NCBI GenBank assembly: GCA_045565965.1
Contig: JBJLEJ010000003.1
Coordinates: 47,949-111,948 of the forward strand
Source of the DNA: Pontiellaceae bacterium
GTDB taxonomy: Bacteria; Verrucomicrobiota; Kiritimatiellia; Kiritimatiellales; Pontiellaceae
Direction: 5' to 3'
Length of the DNA: 64,000 bases
Shown: one piece after another, positions 43,182 through 53,723 of the stretch
How the letters are laid out: every line of letters starts with the position of its first letter
Numbering within the stretch: the first letter of the stretch is position 1
Made by a program: the position numbers and the translations under genes
The notes under the pieces: model-generated
The model's database searches: none
What the model was told of the DNA's origin: nothing
The model's input: the letters and a program-made list of their open reading frames with translations, nothing else

Positions 43182-44018
43182 TTATTGTACTCCCATAATC
43201 TGCGGATAGCAGATAATGTTCGGTTGATCGGGTTTGGCATTACAGGGCGAAAGAAAGGGGAGTGGACCCTTGCCTGTACCCAGAGCCATTGCGTGCTTTA
43301 GATTTTGATTTAGATAGGTTTTTGCGGTTTGGACCGCTTTTGGGAGGGGTTCGCCACGGGCGAATGCGGCTGCGGTTGCCGAAGCAAATATGCACCCGGT
43401 CCCATGGGTAGCGCTGGTATTTATGCGCGGACTTTCCATAAGGAAGCATTGGGAGTCATCCATAAAAAGATCAGAGCAGTGATCGCCATCAGCATGCCCG
43501 CCTTTAAGTAGTACGGCTTGTGCACCGATTTCGAGCAAGGCGTTAGCTAATTTTTGGGGTGAAGCATTTGGAAGACCGGTCAATTTTCGGGCTTCAGGCA
43601 GGTTGGGGGTGAGTAGCATGGCACGTGGTATGATGCGTTTTTGGAGGATTGAAAGAGCTTTGTCGGATAGAAGGGGTGTGTCGGAGGTCGAGCGGATTAC
43701 GGGGTCGCAGATGTAGGGAATGGTAGGGTTCGATGCTAGTAGATCGGCAATTGTTTCGACGGCATTTGCAAGCATGCCGGATTTGATAACAGTGGGAGGA
43801 AGGTCGTTAATTAGGCTATCCCACTGGGATTGTATAAATGGATTGGAAACGGGCTCGATAGATTTAATGCCTTGTGTATTTTGAGCTGTTAGTGCTGTGG
43901 TGATTGAGCAGCCGTGCAGACCGAAAGCACGAAAGACTTGCAAGTCGGCTTGAATTCCTGCTCCACCGCCGCTATCAGATCCAGCCATCGTCCAAGCGAT
44001 ATGTATTTTAGCGCTCAT
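43182..44018 (-). CDS. thiD: Hydroxymethylpyrimidine/phosphomethylpyrimidine kinase
   Basis: AGSDSGGGAGIQADL, TALTAQNT, KSGML, DPV, TPNLPEA, KGGH, HGTGC; real start ATG 44018. Confidence 0.94.
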   Translation of the reverse strand: MSAKIHIAWTMAGSDSGGGAGIQADLQVFRAFGLHGCSITTALTAQNTQGIKSIEPVSNPFIQSQWDSLINDLPPTVIKSGMLANAVETIADLLASNPTIPYICDPVIRSTSDTPLLSDKALSILQKRIIPRAMLLTPNLPEARKLTGLPNASPQKLANALLEIGAQAVLLKGGHADGDHCSDLFMDDSQCFLMESPRINTSATHGTGCIFASATAAAFARGEPLPKAVQTAKTYLNQNLKHAMALGTGKGPLPFLSPCNAKPDQPNIICYPQIMGVQ

Positions 44019-44322
44019 CGGTCTCGGGTACATTCGGAAAGTGAAAAATGGTTTCATCGGGATGAGCATATCCGACTTTATGAGCAATTCGTTCCACAAA
44101 ATCGCGATCGGTGGTAAAACGTCGTTGTTGTTCTTTAAGAGTTTGTTCCGCAAGGAGTGTTTGGTCGATTTCGCGTTGAAGCGTTTGACTTTTCTCTTGA
44201 TAGGTATTGAATTGGCGCACTTTTGGTATAAATGCGAGTGCAATTCCGACGACAACAACGCCAAGCAAAACACCGAGTACCACTCGGTTGATTAGATTCC
44301 AATATTTTTCAGTCTGTTGCAT
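44008..44322 (-). CDS. ftsB: Septum formation initiator FtsB/DivIC family
   Basis: One TM, coiled coil, D..FVERIA...G..HPDETIF; downstream of eno (conserved synteny); promoter TTGCGA-17-TACTAT upstream. Confidence 0.82.
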   Translation of the reverse strand: MQQTEKYWNLINRVVLGVLLGVVVVGIALAFIPKVRQFNTYQEKSQTLQREIDQTLLAEQTLKEQQRRFTTDRDFVERIAHKVGYAHPDETIFHFPNVPETDER

Positions 44323-44374
44323 ATTATTCCTGTTTCTCGATAGTAATGGTTGAAAGGGAAGGTCGCAAGAGCGA

Positions 44375-44403
44375 AAAAAGGCGGCTTAATAAGCCGCCTT
44401 TTT
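44375..44403. terminator. Intrinsic terminator after eno
   Basis: Perfect inverted repeat AAAAAGGCGGCTTA-A-TAAGCCGCCTTTTT. Confidence 0.85.
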
Positions 44404-44425
44404 ATTTTGCATTTGGGTTGAACGC

Positions 44426-45712
<1,287 letters not shown>

Positions 45713-45813
45713 CTATAAATTTACAACCTGTTTAGGCTTTCCTTAACGAAGGCGTGAATATAGGCGTCGACCTAGATGCTCGCAAACAAAATTACGTGAG
45801 AAGTTTGTGTGTT

Positions 45814-47175
45814 TTACCAACGTAAGACGGAAAGAGAGAAGGTGTTGGCATTGCGCAGATGCTTCATGGGAACCCATCGTTGATTATAGCTGGGGCCCCA
45901 ACTATCGGTGATGCAGCATTCGTCGGTTTGGCGGTTATAGCCGATGATCATGCAGATATGACCTCCGCCTCGACGAAATTCGAGTGCTTCGATGTCGAGG
46001 ACGGGCTCTTTAGGTTCTTTGCCTGAACGAATGGCGTTATGGTGGTTGGCAATGGCTTGAAATCCGGGGGTGCTTATGAAAGACCACATGAGGGGGAGTC
46101 CGCGGTCGATCTGTTTTACGATTTCATCCATTTCGATACGGCTTTCTAATTCAATGAGATCGCGTCCATAAGTGGATAGTAAGGGCTGCATCGCTTTTTT
46201 AATTTCATGTGTATAGGTTCCGCCGCCTGCTGAGGTGTTGGCAACCACAGCAATGAGATACATATCGGCTGGAATGTCAAAATAGCGTAAATAACGCTCC
46301 CACGTAGCGGGGGAACAGTAACCTTTTGCACCTTGGTTGATCATGGGGATGTTTTTGATAATGACATCTCCATTAGGGTGCGTTTTGACGCAGCTTGCAA
46401 CACGTGTGCGCAAAGCGTTGTAACCTAATTTATCGTTTCGCCCTCCGCGCTCGGCGCGTTCGCAGGACATGATACGTAGAGTTACGAATTTGCCTTCCAT
46501 GTGAGAGAGCAGGAGGGCGTGATGATTCCAGTCCCAGCGCCAGACTTTTTCACGCATATCTTCGCGGCCGATAGAGTCTCTGCGAGGCTTCCCAAGTAGA
46601 TGGCGAAGGTTTTTCTCAAGCCGTTCAGCAGCTTTTTCAATGGCTTCTTTCGCTTCGCGTCTGTTGCGGTATGGGGCGTCGCCTTGATTGAGGAAAATGA
46701 TATTAAAGCTGTCGATCTGATCCTCTTTTCCATAAAGCGCAGTTGCATAGGCGGGTTCGCTAAGAATACTAGTTTCTCCATTCATGTAGCCGCGATAATT
46801 TTCCATGAAATCGGTTTTTGATTCAAACTGGATACGGAGGCGATCGGCTGTAATCGAGGTGGTATCATCCCATAACCATTCGTCTTGCCAGAGATCGATG
46901 CCAAAACAGGCATTCATCTCCTGCCAATGAACTGGATGAAGCCGTCCACGATTGCGGTGTATAAGGAGATATTCAAGGTGCTCAACATCAGCGGAAATAA
47001 AAATATCGAACGGTACGGTGATAGTTTGGCGGTTCTCTTTTTTAAGAACGACTTCTCGACGGGAGTAAACTTTGACGACGTCAGCTTTGATTTGCCGACC
47101 ACTCTCCTTCTCGGTCCAGACCCGAGCTTCGCTCTGCAAAACGAAGATGAGTAGAACTAACATTCCATATCTCAT
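45814..47175 (-). CDS. Secreted SHD1-domain protein with C-terminal C39-like/papain-fold cysteine peptidase
   Basis: Signal peptide, RVWT...GRQIKA...V.L......VP...S.AD (SHD1-like); NQGAKGYC, GHICMIIGYN, DSWG catalytic pattern. Confidence 0.72.
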   Translation of the reverse strand: MRYGMLVLLIFVLQSEARVWTEKESGRQIKADVVKVYSRREVVLKKENRQTITVPFDIFISADVEHLEYLLIHRNRGRLHPVHWQEMNACFGIDLWQDEWLWDDTTSITADRLRIQFESKTDFMENYRGYMNGETSILSEPAYATALYGKEDQIDSFNIIFLNQGDAPYRNRREAKEAIEKAAERLEKNLRHLLGKPRRDSIGREDMREKVWRWDWNHHALLLSHMEGKFVTLRIMSCERAERGGRNDKLGYNALRTRVASCVKTHPNGDVIIKNIPMINQGAKGYCSPATWERYLRYFDIPADMYLIAVVANTSAGGGTYTHEIKKAMQPLLSTYGRDLIELESRIEMDEIVKQIDRGLPLMWSFISTPGFQAIANHHNAIRSGKEPKEPVLDIEALEFRRGGGHICMIIGYNRQTDECCITDSWGPSYNQRWVPMKHLRNANTFSLSVLRW

Positions 47176-47220
47176 ACCTTCGTTATATACAGATGCGGTG
47201 TATTGAGGTAGATAAAAGTT

Positions 47221-48000
47221 ATGAATCTCTTTGATGCACATTGTCACTTACAGGATGTACGGCTGTCAGAGGATCGAGCGGGTGTTTTGTCGCGGGCGCG
47301 AGCTGTGGGGGTTAAACGAATTGCGATCAAAGGAGCGTCAGAGGCAGATTGGTCGGAGGTGGAGTTATTGGTTGAATCGGATTCTTTCTTATATCCCTCG
47401 TTTGGTTTGCACCCTTGGTTTTTGAAGCAGCGGTCGTTGAAGTGGGCTGCGCGGCTCAATATGTTACTTGAAAAATATCCGCAGGCTGGAGTGGGCGAAA
47501 TTGGAATCGATCCAGAACCGAAGGGGTATCAGGCAGAGTCAATGGAGGTGCAAGAGGAGATTTTTCTTGCGCAGTTGGAAATAGCTAAGCGGTGGAAGCG
47601 TCCGGTGTCGATTCATTGTCGGCATGCGTGGGGGCGCTTGTTGGAGTTACTCGATAGGGCGGGTCCATTGCCAAATAGTTGGATGATTCATTGCTTTGGA
47701 GGTTCGAAGGAAATGGCGCAAGAGCTATTGCGTAGAGGAGCCTATCTCTCTTTTTCTGGAACGATCACCCGCCCAGCTAATCGAAAGGCTGCGGAGGTCT
47801 TGCCGTGCGTGCCCGCAGAGCGATTGTTACTTGAAACCGATGCACCGGATTTATTGCCGGTCGGAGCGGAAAGTCCAGTCAATGAACCAAGAAATTTGCC
47901 TTTAATACTGGCTTGTGCGGCTTTCTTGCGGGGTGAATCAGAAGCGTATGTGGCTTCTATGACATATCAAAATGCGTGCCGATTTTTTGCAGAAATATGA
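47221..48000 (+). CDS. tatD: TatD family hydrolase
   Basis: DAHCH, GLHPW, VGEIG, IHCR.A, IHCF.GS, LETDAP, NEP. Confidence 0.94.
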   Translation: MNLFDAHCHLQDVRLSEDRAGVLSRARAVGVKRIAIKGASEADWSEVELLVESDSFLYPSFGLHPWFLKQRSLKWAARLNMLLEKYPQAGVGEIGIDPEPKGYQAESMEVQEEIFLAQLEIAKRWKRPVSIHCRHAWGRLLELLDRAGPLPNSWMIHCFGGSKEMAQELLRRGAYLSFSGTITRPANRKAAEVLPCVPAERLLLETDAPDLLPVGAESPVNEPRNLPLILACAAFLRGESEAYVASMTYQNACRFFAEI

Positions 48001-48339
48001 GAAAGTTAAAGGAAAGTTTTCATTTTAAAATAAATAGATGTTGGCTTCTGCGGGCTTACCTAGATTATTACCTCCAGTTTAATTTGAATAGACGATGAGG
48101 GCTCCACACATGGAGAGCTAAATGCCAAAGAGGTCAAGCTAACGAGGCTTTTGATATTTACGATATGAAGGTGCTGTTGAGATTTTGTATGCTGCGGTGA
48201 AAGATAGATCTGATTTGTAGTCTCTATCAGGTTTATAACCTAGCTTGAGCGGATTAGAATAAAGGTTTCTGCTTTTGAAATAGCAAGATTGATAAATTGG
48301 CGTTGTCAACAGGGTTTATGACAGGATAACTTACTATCT

Positions 48340-48618
48340 ATGAAAATACAAAATCGTTCTAGTTATCATCGGCTAGCTTTAAGCCTTCTTTTGGGCTTAT
48401 TGAGTATTTGGTTTATCATCAGTTTTGGATGTGCCATTCTATTGCGTGATTGGCTGGATGTGCATATGCCGCCGATCGGGCATGCTCCGTTTGGATTCTG
48501 GATGGCGCAGCAAGGCGCTATTCTGGGTTTTGTCTTGTTGCTCATTATCTATGCGATTGCCATGAACCGATTAGACCGCCGCTATCTTGAGCTGAAAGAT
48601 AGAGAGGATGCGGCATGA
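48340..48618 (+). CDS. DUF4212-type small membrane subunit of a solute symporter
   Basis: Two [17 protein letters not shown]; overlaps the start of the SSS gene. Confidence 0.85.
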   Translation: MKIQNRSSYHRLALSLLLGLLSIWFIISFGCAILLRDWLDVHMPPIGHAPFGFWMAQQGAILGFVLLLIIYAIAMNRLDRRYLELKDREDAA

Positions 48619-50282
48619 GCCAAGAGATCTTAAATTATCTCTTTATTGGGCTTAGTTTTGCCCTTTATATCTTTATCGCTTTTCGCTCTCGTGCGGCCTC
48701 AACCACCGAGTTTTATGTGGCAGGTGGTGGGGTTTCACCGTTAGCAAATGGGATGGCAACAGCAGCGGATTGGATGAGCGCAGCCACGTTTATTTCGATG
48801 GCGGGTACGGTGGCGATTAGCGGTTATGATGGTTCGCGTTTTTTGATGGGTTGGACGGGTGGATTTGTCCTTTTAACCATGTTGATGGTTCCGTATTTGC
48901 GGAAATTTGGAAAAGCGACGGTACCCGATTTTATTGGTGATCGATATTATAGCCGGGGAGCTCGTGCGCTTGCAGTCGTGTGTGCCCTCTTTATTTGTAC
49001 GACTTATATTATGGGACAGATGCGGGGTGTGGGTGTGGTCTTTTCTCAGCTCTTTGGCATTTCTATTCCGGCCGGGGTGATCATTGGAGCGACGATTGTT
49101 TTTTTCTATGCAGGCTTAGGGGGTATGAAGGGAATTACTTACACGCAGGTTGCGCAGTATATGGTAATGGCATTTGCGTATACTCTTCCGGCGCTGTTTA
49201 TTTCGTTTGCGTTGACAGGACATGTATTACCTCAAGTGGGCTTGGTAAGCGAGACGGTTGCGGGCTTTCCTTTTTTAGATAAATTAGATGCGATTAATCG
49301 CGAGTTGGGTTTTGCGGCTTATACGTCGGGTAAGTTATCGAAATTAAATATGTTTTGTATTACTGCGGCTTTGATGTGCGGAACCGCTGGGTTACCGCAT
49401 GTGATCGTGCGCTATTTTACGGTCAAAAATGTACGGGCTGTAAGGGTCTCGGCTGCATGGACGCTTGTGTTTATCGCGGTGATCTATTTAACGGCTCCGG
49501 CGATTGGAGCTTTTGCACGTGTGAATTTGATCAAGGCAGTGAATGAGGTATCTCGCGTGGAGTTGCCTAGATGGTTTGAGGCATTTGAGCAGACGGGGCA
49601 ACTTACATGGACGGATGTGAATGGAGATGGATGCGTGCAGTATCGAGGACCTGAGCATCCCGAGGAGAATGAACTTATTTTTGGAACGGATATGATGGTG
49701 ATGGCCAATCCAAGTATTGCAGAGTTGCCCATGTGGGTGGTGGCGTTATTGATGGCGGGATGCATTGCTGCGGCGCTTTCAACGGCAGCAGGGCTCCTGT
49801 TGGTTTTATCGACTTCAATTGCGCATGATTTAGGAAAAAAAATTATTAAACCTGATTTAAGCGATCGGGAGGAGGTTCGGTGGGCGCGTTGGGCCTCGTT
49901 TGGTGCGCTGGTTGTAGCGACCTATTTTGGGATTAATCCGCCGGCCGCTTTCATTGCGAAGACGGTAGCATTTGCATTTGGATTAGCGGCAAGTTCATTT
50001 TTTCCGACGCTTCTGATGGGCATCTTCTCAAAGAAGATGAATAAAATGGGTGGTATGGCGGGAATGGGCATTGGGCTTATGTTCACATTTTCTTATATTA
50101 TCTATTTCCAATTCTTAGGCGGAACGGTGGATCAGTATTTATGGGGGATTACTCCCGAGGGTATTGGCTTTGTAGGCATGTTGATTAATTTTATTGTTTC
50201 TTTTGTGGTCTGTATGTTTACAACTCCGCCGCCTAAAGAGGTGGTTGAGATGGTAGAGCAAATTCGACTTCCAGAAAGATAG
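48615..50282 (+). CDS. Sodium:solute symporter, ActP-like (acetate/monocarboxylate)
   Basis: [57 protein letters not shown]. Confidence 0.92.
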   Translation: MSQEILNYLFIGLSFALYIFIAFRSRAASTTEFYVAGGGVSPLANGMATAADWMSAATFISMAGTVAISGYDGSRFLMGWTGGFVLLTMLMVPYLRKFGKATVPDFIGDRYYSRGARALAVVCALFICTTYIMGQMRGVGVVFSQLFGISIPAGVIIGATIVFFYAGLGGMKGITYTQVAQYMVMAFAYTLPALFISFALTGHVLPQVGLVSETVAGFPFLDKLDAINRELGFAAYTSGKLSKLNMFCITAALMCGTAGLPHVIVRYFTVKNVRAVRVSAAWTLVFIAVIYLTAPAIGAFARVNLIKAVNEVSRVELPRWFEAFEQTGQLTWTDVNGDGCVQYRGPEHPEENELIFGTDMMVMANPSIAELPMWVVALLMAGCIAAALSTAAGLLLVLSTSIAHDLGKKIIKPDLSDREEVRWARWASFGALVVATYFGINPPAAFIAKTVAFAFGLAASSFFPTLLMGIFSKKMNKMGGMAGMGIGLMFTFSYIIYFQFLGGTVDQYLWGITPEGIGFVGMLINFIVSFVVCMFTTPPPKEVVEMVEQIRLPER

Positions 50283-50322
50283 ATGTATAGATCGGTTATA
50301 TTTTGAACTTTAGTTAATACCT

Positions 50323-50347
50323 CCATCTCAATAAGTAATTGAGATGG
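50323..50347. repeat. Perfect 10-bp inverted repeat at the island boundary (terminator or operator)
   Basis: CCATCTCAAT-AAGTA-ATTGAGATGG. Confidence 0.7.
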
Positions 50348-50424
50348 TTGAAAAAAAAAGACATCTGGAGTAACAATATATTAGAATTTAAATTGCTATA
50401 GTCATTCCCAGGAGAAGGTAAGTT

Positions 50425-51924
50425 TTGATACGTTATATTACGAGTATTATATTAATGTTAAACTTTTCAAGTTTAGCGGTGGAACGGCCAAATATTCTAG
50501 TTTTAATTAGTGATGACCAGAATAAGGATTCAATTGGGGCTTATGGAGCTCGTTATAAAACTCCGCATATTGACCGTTTAGCTTCTGAGGGCATAAGGCA
50601 TACGCGAGCATACACAACTTCATCTTTGTGTGTTCCGACTCGTTATAGTTGTTTGACAGGATCTTATCCTAGTCGTTCGCGTAATCGGTATTTTAAAAGC
50701 TATAATTATCAACCGGCCATCCGTAATGGCGCATTTTTTTGCGAGCACGACCGTACTATCGTTGAAGCTCTTCAGGAGTCTGGATATTACACCGGCATTA
50801 GCGGCAAGTGGCATAATGATTATCATGATCTATTACCCTTACACGAGATACATCAGGACGCTGATCCAAATGATCCATCTGTAAAGAAGATGTTGAACGA
50901 TTCTGTCCGTATTCAGCGGAAATTAATAAAAAGTTATGGGTTCGATTATGCAGAGTACATAGTTGCAGGAAATGTTGAGGATCAATATCCTAAAGCACTT
51001 GAGCATCATAATGTCGAATATGTAGTAAAAGGTGCTTTAGATTTCTTAAATAAAGCGCCAAAGAGTCAGCCTTTTTTCTTATGGACAGCTTTTACGACTG
51101 TTCATGGACCACGTGAGCCAATTCAAAGTGGTGATATTACAGTAACTCCCGAGGGATATACAGATAAGGCTATTGGCGTAATGAAAAAACGGTCTGAGAT
51201 TGTAAAAAAACACAAGAATATTACAGAGCAAACTGTGGTTTGGATGGATGAGGGTATTGGCGTTATTTTGAATGAGCTAGAGAAACAGGGCCGATTAGAT
51301 AATACATTAATTGTCTTTCTTTCCGATCAACAGAACACTGGTAAAAGTACTCCATATGAGAGTGGAAATAATATTCCTTTTATTGTGCGCTGGCCTGCTG
51401 GTGGACTAAAAGCTGGATTGGTTAATCATACATTAGTTGATGTCACTGATTTAGCCGCAACAATCATGGATGTAGCTAATGCTAAACCTGTTGAAGGTTT
51501 AATGCTTGATGGTTTAAGTATATTGCCTGTTTGGTCTGGCAAAACTAATGAATTAAAGCGTTCAATCTATACGGAAATAGGATATGCGAAAGGAGTTGTT
51601 ACAAAAAATTGGAAATATATTGCAATTCGCTACAACGATGACGTTCTTGATCGTGGTTTTAATCCAAACATAACTGGAAAAGTGGGTGAGAATATTGCTG
51701 CTGGTAATTTGGATTTACTATGGAAAAAAACACCTTTTGGGCAGATTAAAGCGGATGTTGGATGTGTTGACCAAGATCAATTATATGACCTGCGTATGGA
51801 TCCAAATGAAGAAAAAAACGTCATAGGAGATCCTAAGAATGCTCAGGTTGTTAAAATAATGCGGCAATATCTTGCTGAAGTAGTTCAAGATATAGGTCGT
51901 CCTTTCGGGGAGTTTGTTGATTAG
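50425..51924 (+). CDS. Sulfatase (S1, Cys-type)
   Basis: Signal peptide, RPNILVLISDDQ, CVPTRYSCLTG, GKWH, QLYDL..DP.E; TTG start. Confidence 0.93.
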   Translation: MIRYITSIILMLNFSSLAVERPNILVLISDDQNKDSIGAYGARYKTPHIDRLASEGIRHTRAYTTSSLCVPTRYSCLTGSYPSRSRNRYFKSYNYQPAIRNGAFFCEHDRTIVEALQESGYYTGISGKWHNDYHDLLPLHEIHQDADPNDPSVKKMLNDSVRIQRKLIKSYGFDYAEYIVAGNVEDQYPKALEHHNVEYVVKGALDFLNKAPKSQPFFLWTAFTTVHGPREPIQSGDITVTPEGYTDKAIGVMKKRSEIVKKHKNITEQTVVWMDEGIGVILNELEKQGRLDNTLIVFLSDQQNTGKSTPYESGNNIPFIVRWPAGGLKAGLVNHTLVDVTDLAATIMDVANAKPVEGLMLDGLSILPVWSGKTNELKRSIYTEIGYAKGVVTKNWKYIAIRYNDDVLDRGFNPNITGKVGENIAAGNLDLLWKKTPFGQIKADVGCVDQDQLYDLRMDPNEEKNVIGDPKNAQVVKIMRQYLAEVVQDIGRPFGEFVD

Positions 51925-51926
51925 TC

Positions 51927-53723
51927 GTGTTACGATTTGTATGCATAGTATTTTTGTCTGCGGGTTTTTTAGTTAAGGCTGATAAACCTAATATAATACT
52001 AATTCTCACAGATGATCAGGGCTTTGATGATTATGGGTTTTGTCAAGATGCTCTCGAAACTCCAGTCATGGATCGGTTAATGAAAGATGGTGTTCAGTTC
52101 ACTCGTTTTTATACAGCAGCTGCATGTGCTCCGACAAGAGCGTCCTTAATGACAGGCCGAAATTTCATGCGAACAGGAACCTCAGCAGTAGGATTTGGTG
52201 CAGAGGCTCCACATGCAGATGAATATTTCTTATCTGAAGCTATGAAGGATGCAGGCTACATCACAGGTATGATTGGAAAATGGAATCTAGGACTATCTGA
52301 TGGAGATCTACCATCACGTCGGGGCTTTGATTTAGCATGGCCAGTTGTACGTGAAGATGTGCGCAGTTATGGACGTTATGAGCATTTTAATCCGCCATTT
52401 TTTAAGAATGGGCGGTACGCTGGAAGAGAAGAAGGATGGCAAGTTGAAATTTGTACAGATAAAGCGATTAATTTTATCGAGAAAAATAAAGACGAGCCCT
52501 TTTTTTTATATGTTCCATATGCCGCCCCGCATGAACCATGGAACTGTCCAAAAGATCTTCATGAAAAATACATGCAAATGGGAATTAGTGAATCCTATGC
52601 AATGTTTTTAGGTATGATGGAACAACTAGATACTCAAGTAGGGCGTATTTTAGAATGCGTAGAAAATAATGAACTTTCTGAGAAAACAATAATTATTTTC
52701 TTCGGAGATAATGGACCAACTCCCACAACAAGGATTCTAAAAGAAGAGAATGGATATTATTCTTTAACTCCTAATTTTTATACTATGACTGAAGAGGAGT
52801 GGGAACAAAGGAATCCTTCTGGATTACGTTCAAAAAAAGCAACAGCTTGGGAAAATGCAATTCGCAATCGACTGTCTATTTATTGTCCTAAAAAGTTTGC
52901 ACCAAAAGTGGTGAATGAGATGACTTTGGTAATGGATATATACCCCACAATTATTTCTTGGGCAGGAGGAGTTCGATCTACTGATAAGCCCGAATTAGAT
53001 GGTATAAATTTGGAGCCATTAATTGATGGAGAAGGTTTTTGGCCAAAAAGAAGATACTTTACTGGTGAAACAGGTAAACCTGCGCAAATTATGAAAGAAG
53101 ACGGATGGTTTTATCGATTTTCTAATTTATCTTTCCCTTTAGAAGAAAGACAAACATGTTTAGTCGATGGGGAATGGTCGCTTGTAAATGATTATAATCG
53201 CTGGGGATTATATAATTTGTCGTCTGATCCCAAGCAGAGCATCGATTTAAAAGAAATTGAGCACGAGAAGTTTTCAAAAATGAAGGATACATATTTTAAC
53301 GAATTAGAAAAAATTAAAGGGGATCCGCATGCTTGGAGTGATCCAATTCAAGAAGTATGTGAAAATGCGTATTTAGAATTGGAATGTGTTTTCCGGATGA
53401 AAGGAAGGAATGCAGTCACTTGGGCAAATACATTTTTTTATGAGGTAGGTGCTATTCAGGAATTAAAAGTGAAGGTTCTTGAAAAAGGAAATTATCATGC
53501 TCGCCTACGCGCTTTAAACATTGCAGAAGATACAATAGTCCGCTTGATAACTGCAAATTCTTCGGTTGAAACATATTTGAAGCCAGGTGAAAAATACCAT
53601 GATCTCGGTGTTCTAGCTCTAGGTGCCGGAGAACAAGTTTTTTCTCTACAATTAGTGGATACGGGGAATACTGAATCGCTGCCAAAAATGGAATTTTTTA
53701 GTTTGGAGTTAATGAAAAAATGA
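51927..53723 (+). CDS. Sulfatase (S1) with C-terminal beta-sandwich extension
   Basis: KPNIILILTDDQG, CAPTRASLMTGR, GKWNLG, GDNG; extra ~120 aa CBM-like tail; GTG start. Confidence 0.92.
   Translation: MLRFVCIVFLSAGFLVKADKPNIILILTDDQGFDDYGFCQDALETPVMDRLMKDGVQFTRFYTAAACAPTRASLMTGRNFMRTGTSAVGFGAEAPHADEYFLSEAMKDAGYITGMIGKWNLGLSDGDLPSRRGFDLAWPVVREDVRSYGRYEHFNPPFFKNGRYAGREEGWQVEICTDKAINFIEKNKDEPFFLYVPYAAPHEPWNCPKDLHEKYMQMGISESYAMFLGMMEQLDTQVGRILECVENNELSEKTIIIFFGDNGPTPTTRILKEENGYYSLTPNFYTMTEEEWEQRNPSGLRSKKATAWENAIRNRLSIYCPKKFAPKVVNEMTLVMDIYPTIISWAGGVRSTDKPELDGINLEPLIDGEGFWPKRRYFTGETGKPAQIMKEDGWFYRFSNLSFPLEERQTCLVDGEWSLVNDYNRWGLYNLSSDPKQSIDLKEIEHEKFSKMKDTYFNELEKIKGDPHAWSDPIQEVCENAYLELECVFRMKGRNAVTWANTFFYEVGAIQELKVKVLEKGNYHARLRALNIAEDTIVRLITANSSVETYLKPGEKYHDLGVLALGAGEQVFSLQLVDTGNTESLPKMEFFSLELMKK

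Noticed and set aside
44019-44273. Apparent N-terminal extension of ThiD (363-aa ORF)
   Set aside because: Overlaps ftsB in another frame; ThiD homology starts at ATG 44018
48088-48135. Possible fluoride (crcB) riboswitch: ATAGACGATGAGGGC...GCTAAATG
   Set aside because: Only the GATGAGG seed matches; the P1 stem and the 3' pseudoknot strand cannot form, and the downstream gene is not fluoride related
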